Counted from the first letter of the stretch, positions 19,294 to 28,744 are shown. The stretch is DNA of 64,000 nucleotides from Myxococcota bacterium (GCA_965223705.1 OZ245015.1:2656001-2720000), one strand, 5' to 3'. Notes: generated by a model from the letters alone, not told the origin. Made by a program: numbers and translations.

Positions 19294-20019
19294 ATGCTCA
19301 TCGAAAGTCTCGTTCCGGCCGCATCGAGCTACGCGAAAGACATCGATTTCGTTTGGGAGCTCATTTTCTGGCTCGTCGGGTTCTGGTTCATCCTGTCGGA
19401 AGGCGTGTTCTTCTGGTTCCTGATGAAGTTCCGGAAGAAAGACGGCCAGAAGGCGCAATACATCACCGGCGAAGAGAAGTACCAGAAGAAGTGGATCACG
19501 TATCCGCACCTCCTCGTACTGGTGTGCGACGTCTTCATCGTCGTGGCCGCGGTTCGGGTCTGGTACGACGTCAAGCAGGACCTCCCGCCGACGGACCGCA
19601 CGGTGAAAGTCATCTCTTCCCAGTGGGCGTGGACGTTCATCCACCCGGGGCCGGACGGAAAACTCGACACGGCGGACGACATCGCGATGAACGATGAGCT
19701 CCATGTAGAAGTCGACGAGATGTACCACTACCTGCTCGAGTCGCGAGACGTTCTTCACGACTTCTCGGTTCCGGTCTTCCGCTTGAAGCACGACGCGATT
19801 CCCGGCCGCACCATCACCGGCTGGTTCCGGCCGACGGCGACCGGTGAGTACGACATCCAGTGCGCCGAAATCTGCGGGATCGGCCACGGGCTGATGGGGG
19901 CACGGATCTTCATCGAGTCGAAAGAAGATCACGAGAAATGGATGGCGAGCCACGCGACGAAGCCCGACGCCGTCCTCTTGGCAGCGAGCCAGAACCCGAA
20001 CCAGCGACGGGAGCAGTAG
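19294..20019 (+). CDS. coxB: Cytochrome c oxidase subunit II (CuA)
   Basis: Two TM helices, QWAW, DVLHDF, CAEICGIGHGLM. Confidence 0.93.
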   Translation: MLIESLVPAASSYAKDIDFVWELIFWLVGFWFILSEGVFFWFLMKFRKKDGQKAQYITGEEKYQKKWITYPHLLVLVCDVFIVVAAVRVWYDVKQDLPPTDRTVKVISSQWAWTFIHPGPDGKLDTADDIAMNDELHVEVDEMYHYLLESRDVLHDFSVPVFRLKHDAIPGRTITGWFRPTATGEYDIQCAEICGIGHGLMGARIFIESKEDHEKWMASHATKPDAVLLAASQNPNQRREQ

Positions 20020-20021
20020 GC

Positions 20022-21725
20022 ATGGCCGAATCGGTATCAGCGCATCCGAGCCACGACGCCCACGATCATCACGAGCAGAGCTTCATCTGGAAGTATGTCT
20101 TCTCGACCGATCACAAGATGATCGCGCGGCAGTACATGTTCACCGGCATGGCCATGGGCCTGATCGGTGCGTTCTTCGCTTACGCGTTCCGCATGCAGCT
20201 CGCCTTCCCGGGGATCGACGTTCCGCTGTTCGGTCTGGTGACCCCGGCGGTCTACAACTCGCTGGTCACGAACCACGGCACGATCATGATCTTCTGGGTC
20301 GCGATGCCCGTTCTGATTGCGGCGTTCGGGAACTTCCTGATCCCACTCATGCTGGGCTGCGACGACATGGTGTTCCCGAGGCTCAACATGCTGAGCTACT
20401 GGATCTTCCTGCTCTCGGCGATCGTGCTCTTGGCCTCATTCTTCGTCCCGGGCGGCGCGTTTGGCGGCGCATGGACGGCCTACCCGCCGCTCTCTGCGAA
20501 AGCGGAATACAGCCTGACCCCATTGGGCTCATCGATATGGGTCGTCGCCGTCGCCCTCGAGTTCGTCGCCTTCTTGCTCGGCGGCATCAACTTCGTCACC
20601 ACGGCGATGAACTCCCGCGCTCCGGGGATGAAGCTCTACGACATCCCGGTCGTCATCTGGATGATCGTGATCGCGAGCATCCTGTTCATGGCGTCGGTCG
20701 GCCCGCTGATCGCAGGAGCCGTCATGCTCTTCATGGACCAGCAGGTCGGAACGGCGTTCTTCGACCCCAACAAGGGCGGCGACCCCATACTCTGGCAGCA
20801 CTTGTTCTGGTTCTTCGGGCACCCCGAAGTCTACGTCGTGCTCCTGCCCGCTCTGGGGATCACGGCCGAGATCATCTGCACGTTCGCGCGCAAGAAGCTC
20901 TTCGCGTACCGAACGGTTCTCATCACGACGATCGCGACCGGCGTGCTCTCTTTCACGGTGTGGGCGCACCACCAGTTCGTCGCCGGGATCGACCCGCGTA
21001 TGGCCAACATCTTCACGATTACGACGCTGCTCATTTCCGTGCCGATCGCGGAACTCTGCTTCGTCTACATCGCGACGCTCTACGGGGGCTCCATCACATT
21101 CAGCACCCCGATGTTGTGGGCCCTCTCCTTTATCGCAACGTTCCTCATCGGCGGCGTCACGGGCATCTTCCTCGGAGCCAGCGGCGCCGACATCTACATG
21201 CACGATACGTATTTCGTGCTCGCCCACTTCCACTACACCTTCTATCCGATCGCCATCATCGGAACCTTCGCGGGCTTCACGTACTGGTTCCCGAAGATGT
21301 TCGGCAAGATGATGGATGATCGGCTGGGGAAGATTCACTTCTGGGGAACCATCATCCCCTTCAACTGCATCTTCATCCCGCTCTTCTATCTGGGCGCCGC
21401 GGGGCAGCATCGTCGGATTTTCGACTACACGAATTTCCCGGAGCTCGCGACGCCGGAGATGCAGGCGATCCGCGTGTTCGCGACGGTCTCGCTCCTGGTG
21501 ATGCTCGGCTTCCAGCTGGTCTTCTTCTTCAACGTGTGGAAGAGCCTGCGAAGTGGCGAGAAGGCACCGGACAATCCGTGGAAAGCGAATTCCCTCGAAT
21601 GGGTCGCTCCCACGCCTCCGCCGCACGGCAACTTCAAGGAGATGCCGACCGTCTACCGAGGACCGTACGAATTCAGCCACCCGGATCGCGAGCTCGACTA
21701 CTGGCCGCAGAACGAACCGGCATAA
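20022..21725 (+). CDS. coxA: Heme-copper oxidase subunit I, A-family-like (GHPEVY)
   Basis: STDHK, NHGTIM, DMVFPRLN, WFFGHPEVY, WAHH, HDTYFVLAHFHY, RR. Confidence 0.95.
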   Translation: MAESVSAHPSHDAHDHHEQSFIWKYVFSTDHKMIARQYMFTGMAMGLIGAFFAYAFRMQLAFPGIDVPLFGLVTPAVYNSLVTNHGTIMIFWVAMPVLIAAFGNFLIPLMLGCDDMVFPRLNMLSYWIFLLSAIVLLASFFVPGGAFGGAWTAYPPLSAKAEYSLTPLGSSIWVVAVALEFVAFLLGGINFVTTAMNSRAPGMKLYDIPVVIWMIVIASILFMASVGPLIAGAVMLFMDQQVGTAFFDPNKGGDPILWQHLFWFFGHPEVYVVLLPALGITAEIICTFARKKLFAYRTVLITTIATGVLSFTVWAHHQFVAGIDPRMANIFTITTLLISVPIAELCFVYIATLYGGSITFSTPMLWALSFIATFLIGGVTGIFLGASGADIYMHDTYFVLAHFHYTFYPIAIIGTFAGFTYWFPKMFGKMMDDRLGKIHFWGTIIPFNCIFIPLFYLGAAGQHRRIFDYTNFPELATPEMQAIRVFATVSLLVMLGFQLVFFFNVWKSLRSGEKAPDNPWKANSLEWVAPTPPPHGNFKEMPTVYRGPYEFSHPDRELDYWPQNEPA

Positions 21726-21737
21726 GGCAGGAGAACC

Positions 21738-22307
21738 ATGCGACCTATTGCGACAACGCGCAGCGTAACGGGCATCCCCACCGGCCGATTGGCGGTCTGG
21801 TGGGTCATCGCGTCGGAAATCGTGATCTTCGGCGGCCTGCTCTGCTCCTACATCATGCACCGCTTGGCCCACGGAATCTGGGCGGATTACGCGTCCCACA
21901 CCAACATGTACATCGGGGCGTTCAACACGCTGGTGCTCCTCTCCTCGAGCTTGTCCGCTGTGCTGGCGCATCAGTGTGCAGAGCGCGGTGACGGTCCCGG
22001 TGCGGCGAAGCGGCTGCTGATCACGTCGGCGGGCGGGCTCATCTTCATCCTCGTCAAGACCTACGAATGGACGACGGAGATCGGGCTCGGCTACACCATC
22101 ACCGCCAACACCTTCTGGTCCTTCTACTACACGGCCGCCGGTCTGCATGCGCTCCATGTGATCGCCGGTGTCGTCATCATGTTGATCGTGGCGAAGGCGG
22201 CGTTCGAAAACCGCGAGCTCCATCGCGTAGAACTGATCGGGATCTACTGGCACTTCGTCGATCTGGTCTGGATCTTCCTCTTCCCCTTGCTCTACATCGC
22301 AAAGTAG
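21738..22307 (+). CDS. Cytochrome c oxidase subunit III-like (short)
   Basis: IASEIVIF, NTLVLLSSS, GLHALHV, YWHFVDLVW. Confidence 0.9.
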   Translation: MRPIATTRSVTGIPTGRLAVWWVIASEIVIFGGLLCSYIMHRLAHGIWADYASHTNMYIGAFNTLVLLSSSLSAVLAHQCAERGDGPGAAKRLLITSAGGLIFILVKTYEWTTEIGLGYTITANTFWSFYYTAAGLHALHVIAGVVIMLIVAKAAFENRELHRVELIGIYWHFVDLVWIFLFPLLYIAK

Positions 22308-22319
22308 TAGGAGCGAACG

Positions 22320-22703
22320 ATGTCCGAACACGCTGAACACGCGCATCCGAACTACTGGAAAGTCTACTGGTGGTTGCTGGCCCTCCTGCTGGTCAGCATC
22401 CTGGGGCCCGAAGTCGGCGCGCGCATGAATCTGCCGGCGCTGACGCTCTTCACGGCCTTCGGAATTGCCGTCGTGAAGGCCTACCTCGTCGCGCGCAACT
22501 TCATGCACGTCAACATCGAGCCGAAGTTCATCACGTATATGTTGGTGACGTGTCTCGTCTTCATGCTGCTATTCTTCGCCGCAGTCGCTCCCGACGTCAT
22601 GAAAGAGGACGGCAGCAACTGGCTCAAGCCGGCATGGCTCGAACAGCAGCGCGCCTACGAAGCGGGCGAGATCGGCGAGGCCGCCCACGGCGGAGGCCAC
22701 TAG
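22320..22703 (+). CDS. Cytochrome c oxidase subunit IV (CtaF/CoxD-like)
   Basis: Three TM helices, KAYLVARNFMHV. Confidence 0.85.
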   Translation: MSEHAEHAHPNYWKVYWWLLALLLVSILGPEVGARMNLPALTLFTAFGIAVVKAYLVARNFMHVNIEPKFITYMLVTCLVFMLLFFAAVAPDVMKEDGSNWLKPAWLEQQRAYEAGEIGEAAHGGGH

Positions 22704-22713
22704 CGAGACGCCC

Positions 22714-23301
22714 ATGAGACGCCCCCGCGCACACGTCTACCCCGTCTCGGAATCGACCCGCGACCCCGTGGTGCAAGATGGCGTGCTGGGAATGGTCATC
22801 TTCGTGATCGCCGAAGTGATGATGTTCGCCGGATTCATGAGCGGCTTCACGATCGTGAAATCCCAGTCCCCCATGTGGCCGCCCGCGGGCCAGCCCAGGC
22901 TGCCGCTGGAAGAAACCGCGATCAACACCCTGGCCTTGATCCTGTCGGGCGTCGTGCTGTTCGTCGCACAGCGAAAGTTCCGAAGGCAGCCCGATTCGGC
23001 CGGCCTCTGGCTCCTCGGCGCGATGCTCCTCGGCGCGTTCTTCGTCGTGTTCCAGGGTGTCGAGTGGGCCGGGCTACTCGCTCAGGGGCTGACCGTGACC
23101 TCGAGCGCCCTGGGAAGCTTCTTCTACGTCGTCATCGGCTGCCATGCCCTCCACGCCGTTGTGGCTATTCTCGGGCTGGGTTATGCGTGGCTGCGCCTGC
23201 AGCGCGGTTGGCTGCCGGCGAGCGTCTTGAACACCGCCGCCGTGTTCTGGTATTTCGTCGTGGGCGTTTGGCCCATGCTCTACGCCACGATGTACCTCTA
23301 G
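22714..23301 (+). CDS. Second cytochrome c oxidase subunit III-like protein
   Basis: GMVIFVIAEVMMF, INTLALILSG, GCHALHA, FWYFVVGVW. Confidence 0.85.
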   Translation: MRRPRAHVYPVSESTRDPVVQDGVLGMVIFVIAEVMMFAGFMSGFTIVKSQSPMWPPAGQPRLPLEETAINTLALILSGVVLFVAQRKFRRQPDSAGLWLLGAMLLGAFFVVFQGVEWAGLLAQGLTVTSSALGSFFYVVIGCHALHAVVAILGLGYAWLRLQRGWLPASVLNTAAVFWYFVVGVWPMLYATMYL

Positions 23302-23547
23302 ATGCGTCTCACAACGCCCCTCCTCGTTGCCGTCCTCCTTCTCTTCGCAGACAACGCCTTTGCTTGCGCTGTCTGCTCGGCTCGGGAGGACGCGGCGCGA
23401 ATCGCGTTCATCGGAACGACGGTGTTCCTCAGCGTGCTGCCCGTCGGCTTGATCTTCGGGGTCGCGTGGTGGCTCCGCAAAGAGAGCCGAGAGCGCGACC
23501 AGCGCCGAGAAGCGCGTCTAGGCCATCCCGCTCGAGACCGCGCCTAG
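23302..23547 (+). CDS. Small membrane protein with signal peptide and CxxC
   Basis: Signal ending AFA, then CAVC, one TM helix; abuts the previous stop codon. Confidence 0.65.
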   Translation: MRLTTPLLVAVLLLFADNAFACAVCSAREDAARIAFIGTTVFLSVLPVGLIFGVAWWLRKESRERDQRREARLGHPARDRA

Positions 23548-23673
23548 CGAGACTGCGCCCCCTCTGCGAATCTCTTACAACGCGTTCCCCGACGCGTTGC
23601 GCCCCCGAACAACGGTTGACGTCGTTGGCGAAAACGACGGTCCACGCGTCCTCCGCGCTGTGGCGGAGCGACG

Positions 23674-26607
23674 TTGCCCTCACAAAGCCGAGCCTTGCTC
23701 GACTTGAAAGAAGCGATCGCGCACCACGAAGGGCTGCGCGACACGCTGGTCTACAGCCGCACGCTGGCGAGCACAGCGCCGCGGTACGAGCACCCCAAGG
23801 ATCTCCCCCGCACCCTCTCACCGATTCTCGAACGTCGCGGAATCACCGGGCTCTACGAACACCAAGTGCGCTCCTTCGAGGCGCTCGGCGCCGGAGAGGA
23901 CGTCGCATTGGCGACGCCTACAGCGAGCGGCAAGTCGCTGGTCTACAGCCTACCCGTCCTTGCCGACGCGCTGCGCGACCCCGAGGCACGCGCGCTCTTC
24001 CTGTTTCCCCTGCGTGCGCTCGAGCAAGACCAGGCGCGAAAGCTCGAGGCGGATATCGCGGCACTGGGCCCTGCCTTTGCCCACCTCCGCGTCGCGGTCT
24101 ACGACGGCGACACGAAGCCGTCTCTGCGCAAGAAGCTGCGAAACGATCCGCCCCAGGTCCTGATCACGACGCCCGACATGCTCCACCTGGGGCTCCTCCC
24201 CTACCACGAGAACTGGCGCACGTTCTTCGAGAACCTGCGCACGGTCGTGATCGACGAACTCCATACGTATCGCGGGATTTTCGGTTCGCACATTGCCCAC
24301 GTTTTCCGGCGACTCGATCGCGTGGCGCGTCACCACGGCGCGCGACCCCGGGTCGTCACCACGTCGGCGACGATCGGAAACCCGGGCGAGCTCGCGCACA
24401 ACCTCACAGCGCGGAAATTCACGGTGATCGAGCAAGACGGTTCACCGCGCAGCGAGCGACACGTCTGTCTGCTCAATCCGACCGGATCTCCGTATACAAC
24501 CGCGGCACTTCTCTTTCGCGAAGCGGTGTCGCGCGGACTCCGCACGATCGCCTTCACGAAGGCGCGTACGATCACCGAGCTCATGTTCGCCTGGATCACC
24601 GAGGCGGACCCCGGGCTCGCGGAAAAGATCAGCGCGTACCGATCGGGCTTTCTGCCCGAAGAGCGCCGCGAGATCGAGAAGCGGCTGTTCCGCGGGGACC
24701 TCCTCGGCGTGATCTCGACGTCGGCGCTCGAAATGGGAATCGATGTCGGCGGTCTCGATGTGTGCATTCTGGTGGGTTACCCGGGCAGTCAGACGACGAC
24801 GTGGCAACGCGCCGGGCGCGTGGGACGGGGACGCGACGCCCTCGTCGCTCTGGTCGCACAGCCGGATGCGTTGGATCAGTACCTGGTCGCGCACCCGAAG
24901 CTGTTTTTTTCGGACACGTTCGAGCATGCGGTGCTCGACCCGACGAACCGAGACATCGCTTCCGGGCATCTCCCCTGCGCCGCAGCCGAAATCCCCCTGC
25001 GCGACGACGAACCGTGGCTCGGCGAAGCCGGCGCGCGGGAGAACGTCCAGGCCTTGGAAGAGGCGGGAAAGCTGTTGCGGAGCGAGACCGGAAACGAGTG
25101 GTTCGCGGTTCGCCGACGCCCCCACCGAGATGTCGATTTGCGCTCTGCCGGCGCGAGCTATGCGATCGTCGAAACGACGGAGCGAGGCGAGCCCCGGCTG
25201 GTCGGATCGATCGGTTCGGGGCGGGTCTTTGCCGAGTGTCACGAAGGCGCCATCTACCTGCACCGCGGCCGACAATTCCTCGTCACAGAGCTCGATATCG
25301 AGGAGCGACGCGTGCACGTTCGCGCGGTTCGTGCCCCGTACTACACCCGGGCCACGTCGGACAAGGAAACCGAAATCCTCTCCCGCGAGCGCGCCCGCCC
25401 GGCGGGAAATTTTCGCATCGTCGAGGGACGCCTGAAAGTCACCACATGGATCAAGGGCTACGAGCGGCGGCGCGTGCGCGGGCAGGACGTGCTCGGCACC
25501 GAAACCCTCGAGCTTCCGCCGTCCGTTCTCGAAACCCGCGGCGTGTGGCTCGAAATGCCCGATGAGCTCGGCGCCTTGTTGCGAGCCGAGGACCGGCATC
25601 CGATGGGATCGATCCACGCCTGCGAGCACGCCATGCTGGCGCTCGTTCCGCTCTTCGCCCTATGTGATCGCTTCGACGTCGCAGGCATTTCCTACACGCG
25701 CCACCCACAGCTCGGAAAAATGGCGGTGTTCCTCTACGACGGCCATGCCGGCGGCGCCGGGCTGACAACGCATTTGTTCGATCGCATCGAAGCGTTGCTC
25801 GAAGCGACCCATGAAATGGTGCGGGAGTGCGATTGCGAGGAGGGTTGCCCGCGCTGCGTCCACTCGCCGAAGTGCGGATCGGGGAACCGCCCCATCGACA
25901 AGCCCGGCGCCCTGCGCGCCCTCTCGGCACTGCGCGGACTCGAAATTCTGCCCACACTTCCGGAGAAGCCAGCTGCGGCCGTCGAACCGATCGTACCTGC
26001 GCCCGCCGCAACCCAAGGCGAGGAAGCGCCGAGGATCCTCTTTTTCGACCTGGAAACGCAACGGAGCGCGAGCGAGGTCGGCGGTTGGCACAACGCTTCC
26101 CTCATGCGTGTCGCACTCGCCGTCACCTACGACAGCCGCGCCGGCGCCTTCCGCAGTTGGCGGGAGGCCGAAGTGACCGGCCTGATCGACGCGCTCGCCG
26201 GGGCCGACCTGGTGGTCGGATTCAACGTCCACCGCTTCGACTACCGGGTGCTGGCCGGCTACAGCGAACGCCCTCTCGCAAAGGACATCTCGACGTTCGA
26301 CATGCTGGACGAAATCCACGCGCGCATCGGGTTTCGCCTGGGGCTCGGTCATCTCGGCGAAGAAACCCTCGCCCGCCCGAAGAGCGCCGATGGGTTGCAA
26401 TCGCTCCGCTGGTGGAAAGAGGGCAAGATCGACGCGATCGAACGCTACTGTCGCGATGACGTGGCACTCCTCCGGGACCTCTTCCAATTCGCGTCGGCGA
26501 AGGGTCACCTCCTGTTCCGAACGAAATCCGGAGAGCGCGTGCGGCTTCCCATGCATGTATCCGTTCCGGAGTTGATCGAGCGCGCGCACAAGAAATCCGT
26601 CGCTTGA
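23674..26607 (+). CDS. DEAH helicase (Hrq1/MrfA/YprA family, DUF1998) fused to a C-terminal DEDD exonuclease (YprB/RNase_H_2-like)
   Basis: TPTASGKS, DELH, SAT, QRAGRVGR, CDCEEGCPRC; C-terminal FDLET, GFNVHRFD, YCRDDV. Confidence 0.9.
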   Translation: MPSQSRALLDLKEAIAHHEGLRDTLVYSRTLASTAPRYEHPKDLPRTLSPILERRGITGLYEHQVRSFEALGAGEDVALATPTASGKSLVYSLPVLADALRDPEARALFLFPLRALEQDQARKLEADIAALGPAFAHLRVAVYDGDTKPSLRKKLRNDPPQVLITTPDMLHLGLLPYHENWRTFFENLRTVVIDELHTYRGIFGSHIAHVFRRLDRVARHHGARPRVVTTSATIGNPGELAHNLTARKFTVIEQDGSPRSERHVCLLNPTGSPYTTAALLFREAVSRGLRTIAFTKARTITELMFAWITEADPGLAEKISAYRSGFLPEERREIEKRLFRGDLLGVISTSALEMGIDVGGLDVCILVGYPGSQTTTWQRAGRVGRGRDALVALVAQPDALDQYLVAHPKLFFSDTFEHAVLDPTNRDIASGHLPCAAAEIPLRDDEPWLGEAGARENVQALEEAGKLLRSETGNEWFAVRRRPHRDVDLRSAGASYAIVETTERGEPRLVGSIGSGRVFAECHEGAIYLHRGRQFLVTELDIEERRVHVRAVRAPYYTRATSDKETEILSRERARPAGNFRIVEGRLKVTTWIKGYERRRVRGQDVLGTETLELPPSVLETRGVWLEMPDELGALLRAEDRHPMGSIHACEHAMLALVPLFALCDRFDVAGISYTRHPQLGKMAVFLYDGHAGGAGLTTHLFDRIEALLEATHEMVRECDCEEGCPRCVHSPKCGSGNRPIDKPGALRALSALRGLEILPTLPEKPAAAVEPIVPAPAATQGEEAPRILFFDLETQRSASEVGGWHNASLMRVALAVTYDSRAGAFRSWREAEVTGLIDALAGADLVVGFNVHRFDYRVLAGYSERPLAKDISTFDMLDEIHARIGFRLGLGHLGEETLARPKSADGLQSLRWWKEGKIDAIERYCRDDVALLRDLFQFASAKGHLLFRTKSGERVRLPMHVSVPELIERAHKKSVA

Positions 26608-26642
26608 CCGCGAGGGCCACCCTCGGTCGCTAGTCTCCCGCC

Positions 26643-28589
26643 ATGCTGTTGCAGCTCCAGGAGGTCGCACGAAGCATCGGCGGGCGCACGCTCTTCTCGG
26701 GTTTGTCGCTCCACGTCGCCGCCGGCGACCGGATCGCCGTCGTCGGACCCAACGGCGCCGGCAAATCGACACTCCTGCGGCTGGCCGCAGGGGTCGACGA
26801 TCCGGACGAAGGGAACCGCCACGTCGCCGGGCACGCGCGGGTAGCCCTCCTCCGCCAGGAGATCGATCCCGATCAAGACCGAACCGTTCGCGACGAAACC
26901 GGTTCCGTCTTCGACTCCCTCCGTCGCCTCGAAGAGGAGCTCGCGGGGCTCGAGGCCGAAATGACCGAAGCCGGCGACGCGGGCCGAGACATTCCCCAGG
27001 AGCTGGCGGCGCGCTACGACACGCTGCGGGAGAAGTTCCAGCGCGCGGGTGGTTTCGACCGCCACGCCCGCGTCGACCGGGTGTTGGCGGGCTTGGGCTT
27101 CGACGAGGAGGCCCGGAACCGACCGCTACACGCGTTTTCGGGGGGTTGGCTCATGCGCGTCGAGCTGGCCAAGCTCCTGCTCGCCGAACCCGACGTCCTG
27201 CTCCTCGACGAACCCACGAACCACCTGGATCTCCCCTCGATCGAATGGTTCGAGGGCGTGCTCGCGAGCTTCCGCGGCGCGGTCGTCTGCGTCTCTCACG
27301 ATCGCGCGTTCCTCGATCGGCACGCCGCGCGGGTCATCGAAGTGAGTCAAGGGCGCAGCGAACTCTACGAGATGGGCTTTCGACAGTATCTCGAGGAACG
27401 TACCCGCCGCGCCGAGCAACGCGAGGCGGCGGCGAAGCAACAAGAGCGCGAGATCGCGGCCCAGGAACGCTTCATCGAGCGGTTCCGCGCGAAGAATACG
27501 AAAGCGAAGCAAGTCCAGAGCCGCGTCAAAGCCCTCGAAAAGATCGAGCGCATCGAGGTCGACGCGCCCGCTTCCCGGCGCCCTCGATTGCGCATCCCCG
27601 AGCCCACTCGCGCGGGCGCGACGGTGGTTGCGCTCCGCAACGTCCGCAAGGCCTACGGCGAACAAGTGGTCTACGAATCCCTCGATTTCGAAATCTCCCG
27701 CGGTGAGAAAATGGCGTTGGTCGGACCCAATGGCGCGGGCAAGAGCACGCTGCTTCGGATCATCGCCGGCGTGTTGCCGATCGACGCGGGCGAACGGGTC
27801 CTCGGGCACAACGTCAGCGTCGCGTACTACGCGCAGCACCAGCTGGAAGTGCTGGACGCTTCGCGGTCGGTTCTCGACGAACTCGCGGCGGACGCGCAGT
27901 TCGACGATCACCCGCGGCTGCGAGGCCATCTCGGGGCGTTCCTTTTCTCGGGGGACGACGTGTCGAAACGCGTCTCGGTGTTGTCGGGCGGCGAGAAAGC
28001 ACGCCTTGCGCTGGCCAAGCTGTTTCTCCGCCCGGCGAACTTTCTCGTCCTCGACGAACCGACGAACCACTTGGACATCGAAGCGCGCGAGGTTCTCGAA
28101 GAAGCGCTGCGCGATTACGCCGGAACCGTGCTCTTCATCTCCCACGACCGCACGCTGATCAAGAACCTCGCCAGCGTCGTCTGCGAGGTCACGCCGGGAG
28201 AAATCACGCGGCATCTCGGCGGCTTCGATGCCTACCAGGAGAGGCATACAGCGCGGGAGCCCGAGCTCGCTCGCTCGCCCTCCGAAACCGACGCAGGTGG
28301 CGACGCGAAGGCGGCCCGTGCGCGAGAGCGGGAGCTTCGGAAGCGTGTCGACCGGACGCGCCGACGCCTCGAGCGCCTGGAGGCCGAGATTGCGGAAACC
28401 GAGTCGCGCATCGAGCAATGCAACCGCGATCTCGCCGACCCTACCGTCTACGAAAACCGCGAGGCGAGCTTGCAGGTGGTGGGAGATCTCGAGCGGCTCA
28501 CAGACGAACGCGACGAGCGCTACGCGTCCTGGGAGGAGTTGACGCTCGAGCTCGAACGCCAAGAAGCGGAGCTCGTCCCCGTCGATTGA
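26643..28589 (+). CDS. ABC-F family ATPase (YheS/Uup-like)
   Basis: Two ABC domains (GPNGAGKS, LDEPTNHLD each twice), linker FIERFRAK, C-terminal coiled coil, no TM segments. Confidence 0.93.
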   Translation: MLLQLQEVARSIGGRTLFSGLSLHVAAGDRIAVVGPNGAGKSTLLRLAAGVDDPDEGNRHVAGHARVALLRQEIDPDQDRTVRDETGSVFDSLRRLEEELAGLEAEMTEAGDAGRDIPQELAARYDTLREKFQRAGGFDRHARVDRVLAGLGFDEEARNRPLHAFSGGWLMRVELAKLLLAEPDVLLLDEPTNHLDLPSIEWFEGVLASFRGAVVCVSHDRAFLDRHAARVIEVSQGRSELYEMGFRQYLEERTRRAEQREAAAKQQEREIAAQERFIERFRAKNTKAKQVQSRVKALEKIERIEVDAPASRRPRLRIPEPTRAGATVVALRNVRKAYGEQVVYESLDFEISRGEKMALVGPNGAGKSTLLRIIAGVLPIDAGERVLGHNVSVAYYAQHQLEVLDASRSVLDELAADAQFDDHPRLRGHLGAFLFSGDDVSKRVSVLSGGEKARLALAKLFLRPANFLVLDEPTNHLDIEAREVLEEALRDYAGTVLFISHDRTLIKNLASVVCEVTPGEITRHLGGFDAYQERHTAREPELARSPSETDAGGDAKAARARERELRKRVDRTRRRLERLEAEIAETESRIEQCNRDLADPTVYENREASLQVVGDLERLTDERDERYASWEELTLELERQEAELVPVD

Positions 28590-28618
28590 CCGTCGCGCTT
28601 CCCGGGGTGGCCCCTCGA

Positions 28619-28647
28619 TTGACGGGCCCCGGACGCCCCCCTAGTCT
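28619..28647 (+). promoter_or_regulatory. Sigma70-type promoter for tRNA-Leu
   Basis: TTGACG-N17-TAGTCT ending 10 nt before the tRNA. Confidence 0.6.
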
Positions 28648-28657
28648 CCGCCGGCGC

Positions 28658-28744
28658 GCCCGGGTGGCGGAATTGGTAGACGCGCATGCCTCAGGAGCAT
28701 GTGTCCGCAAGGACGTGCTGGTTCGACTCCAGTCCCGGGCACCA
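28658..28744 (+). tRNA. tRNA-Leu (anticodon CAG)
   Basis: GCCCGGG/CCCGGGC acceptor stem, CATGC-CTCAGGA-GCATG anticodon arm, long variable arm, GGTTCGAC, encoded CCA. Confidence 0.97.

Noticed and set aside
20529..22508. 659-aa antisense ORF
   Set aside because: Antisense shadow of the oxidase subunits.
22875..25565. 896-aa alternative-frame ORF over the cox and helicase genes
   Set aside because: Arg/Pro/Ala-rich shadow frame typical of high-GC DNA; overlaps well-supported genes.
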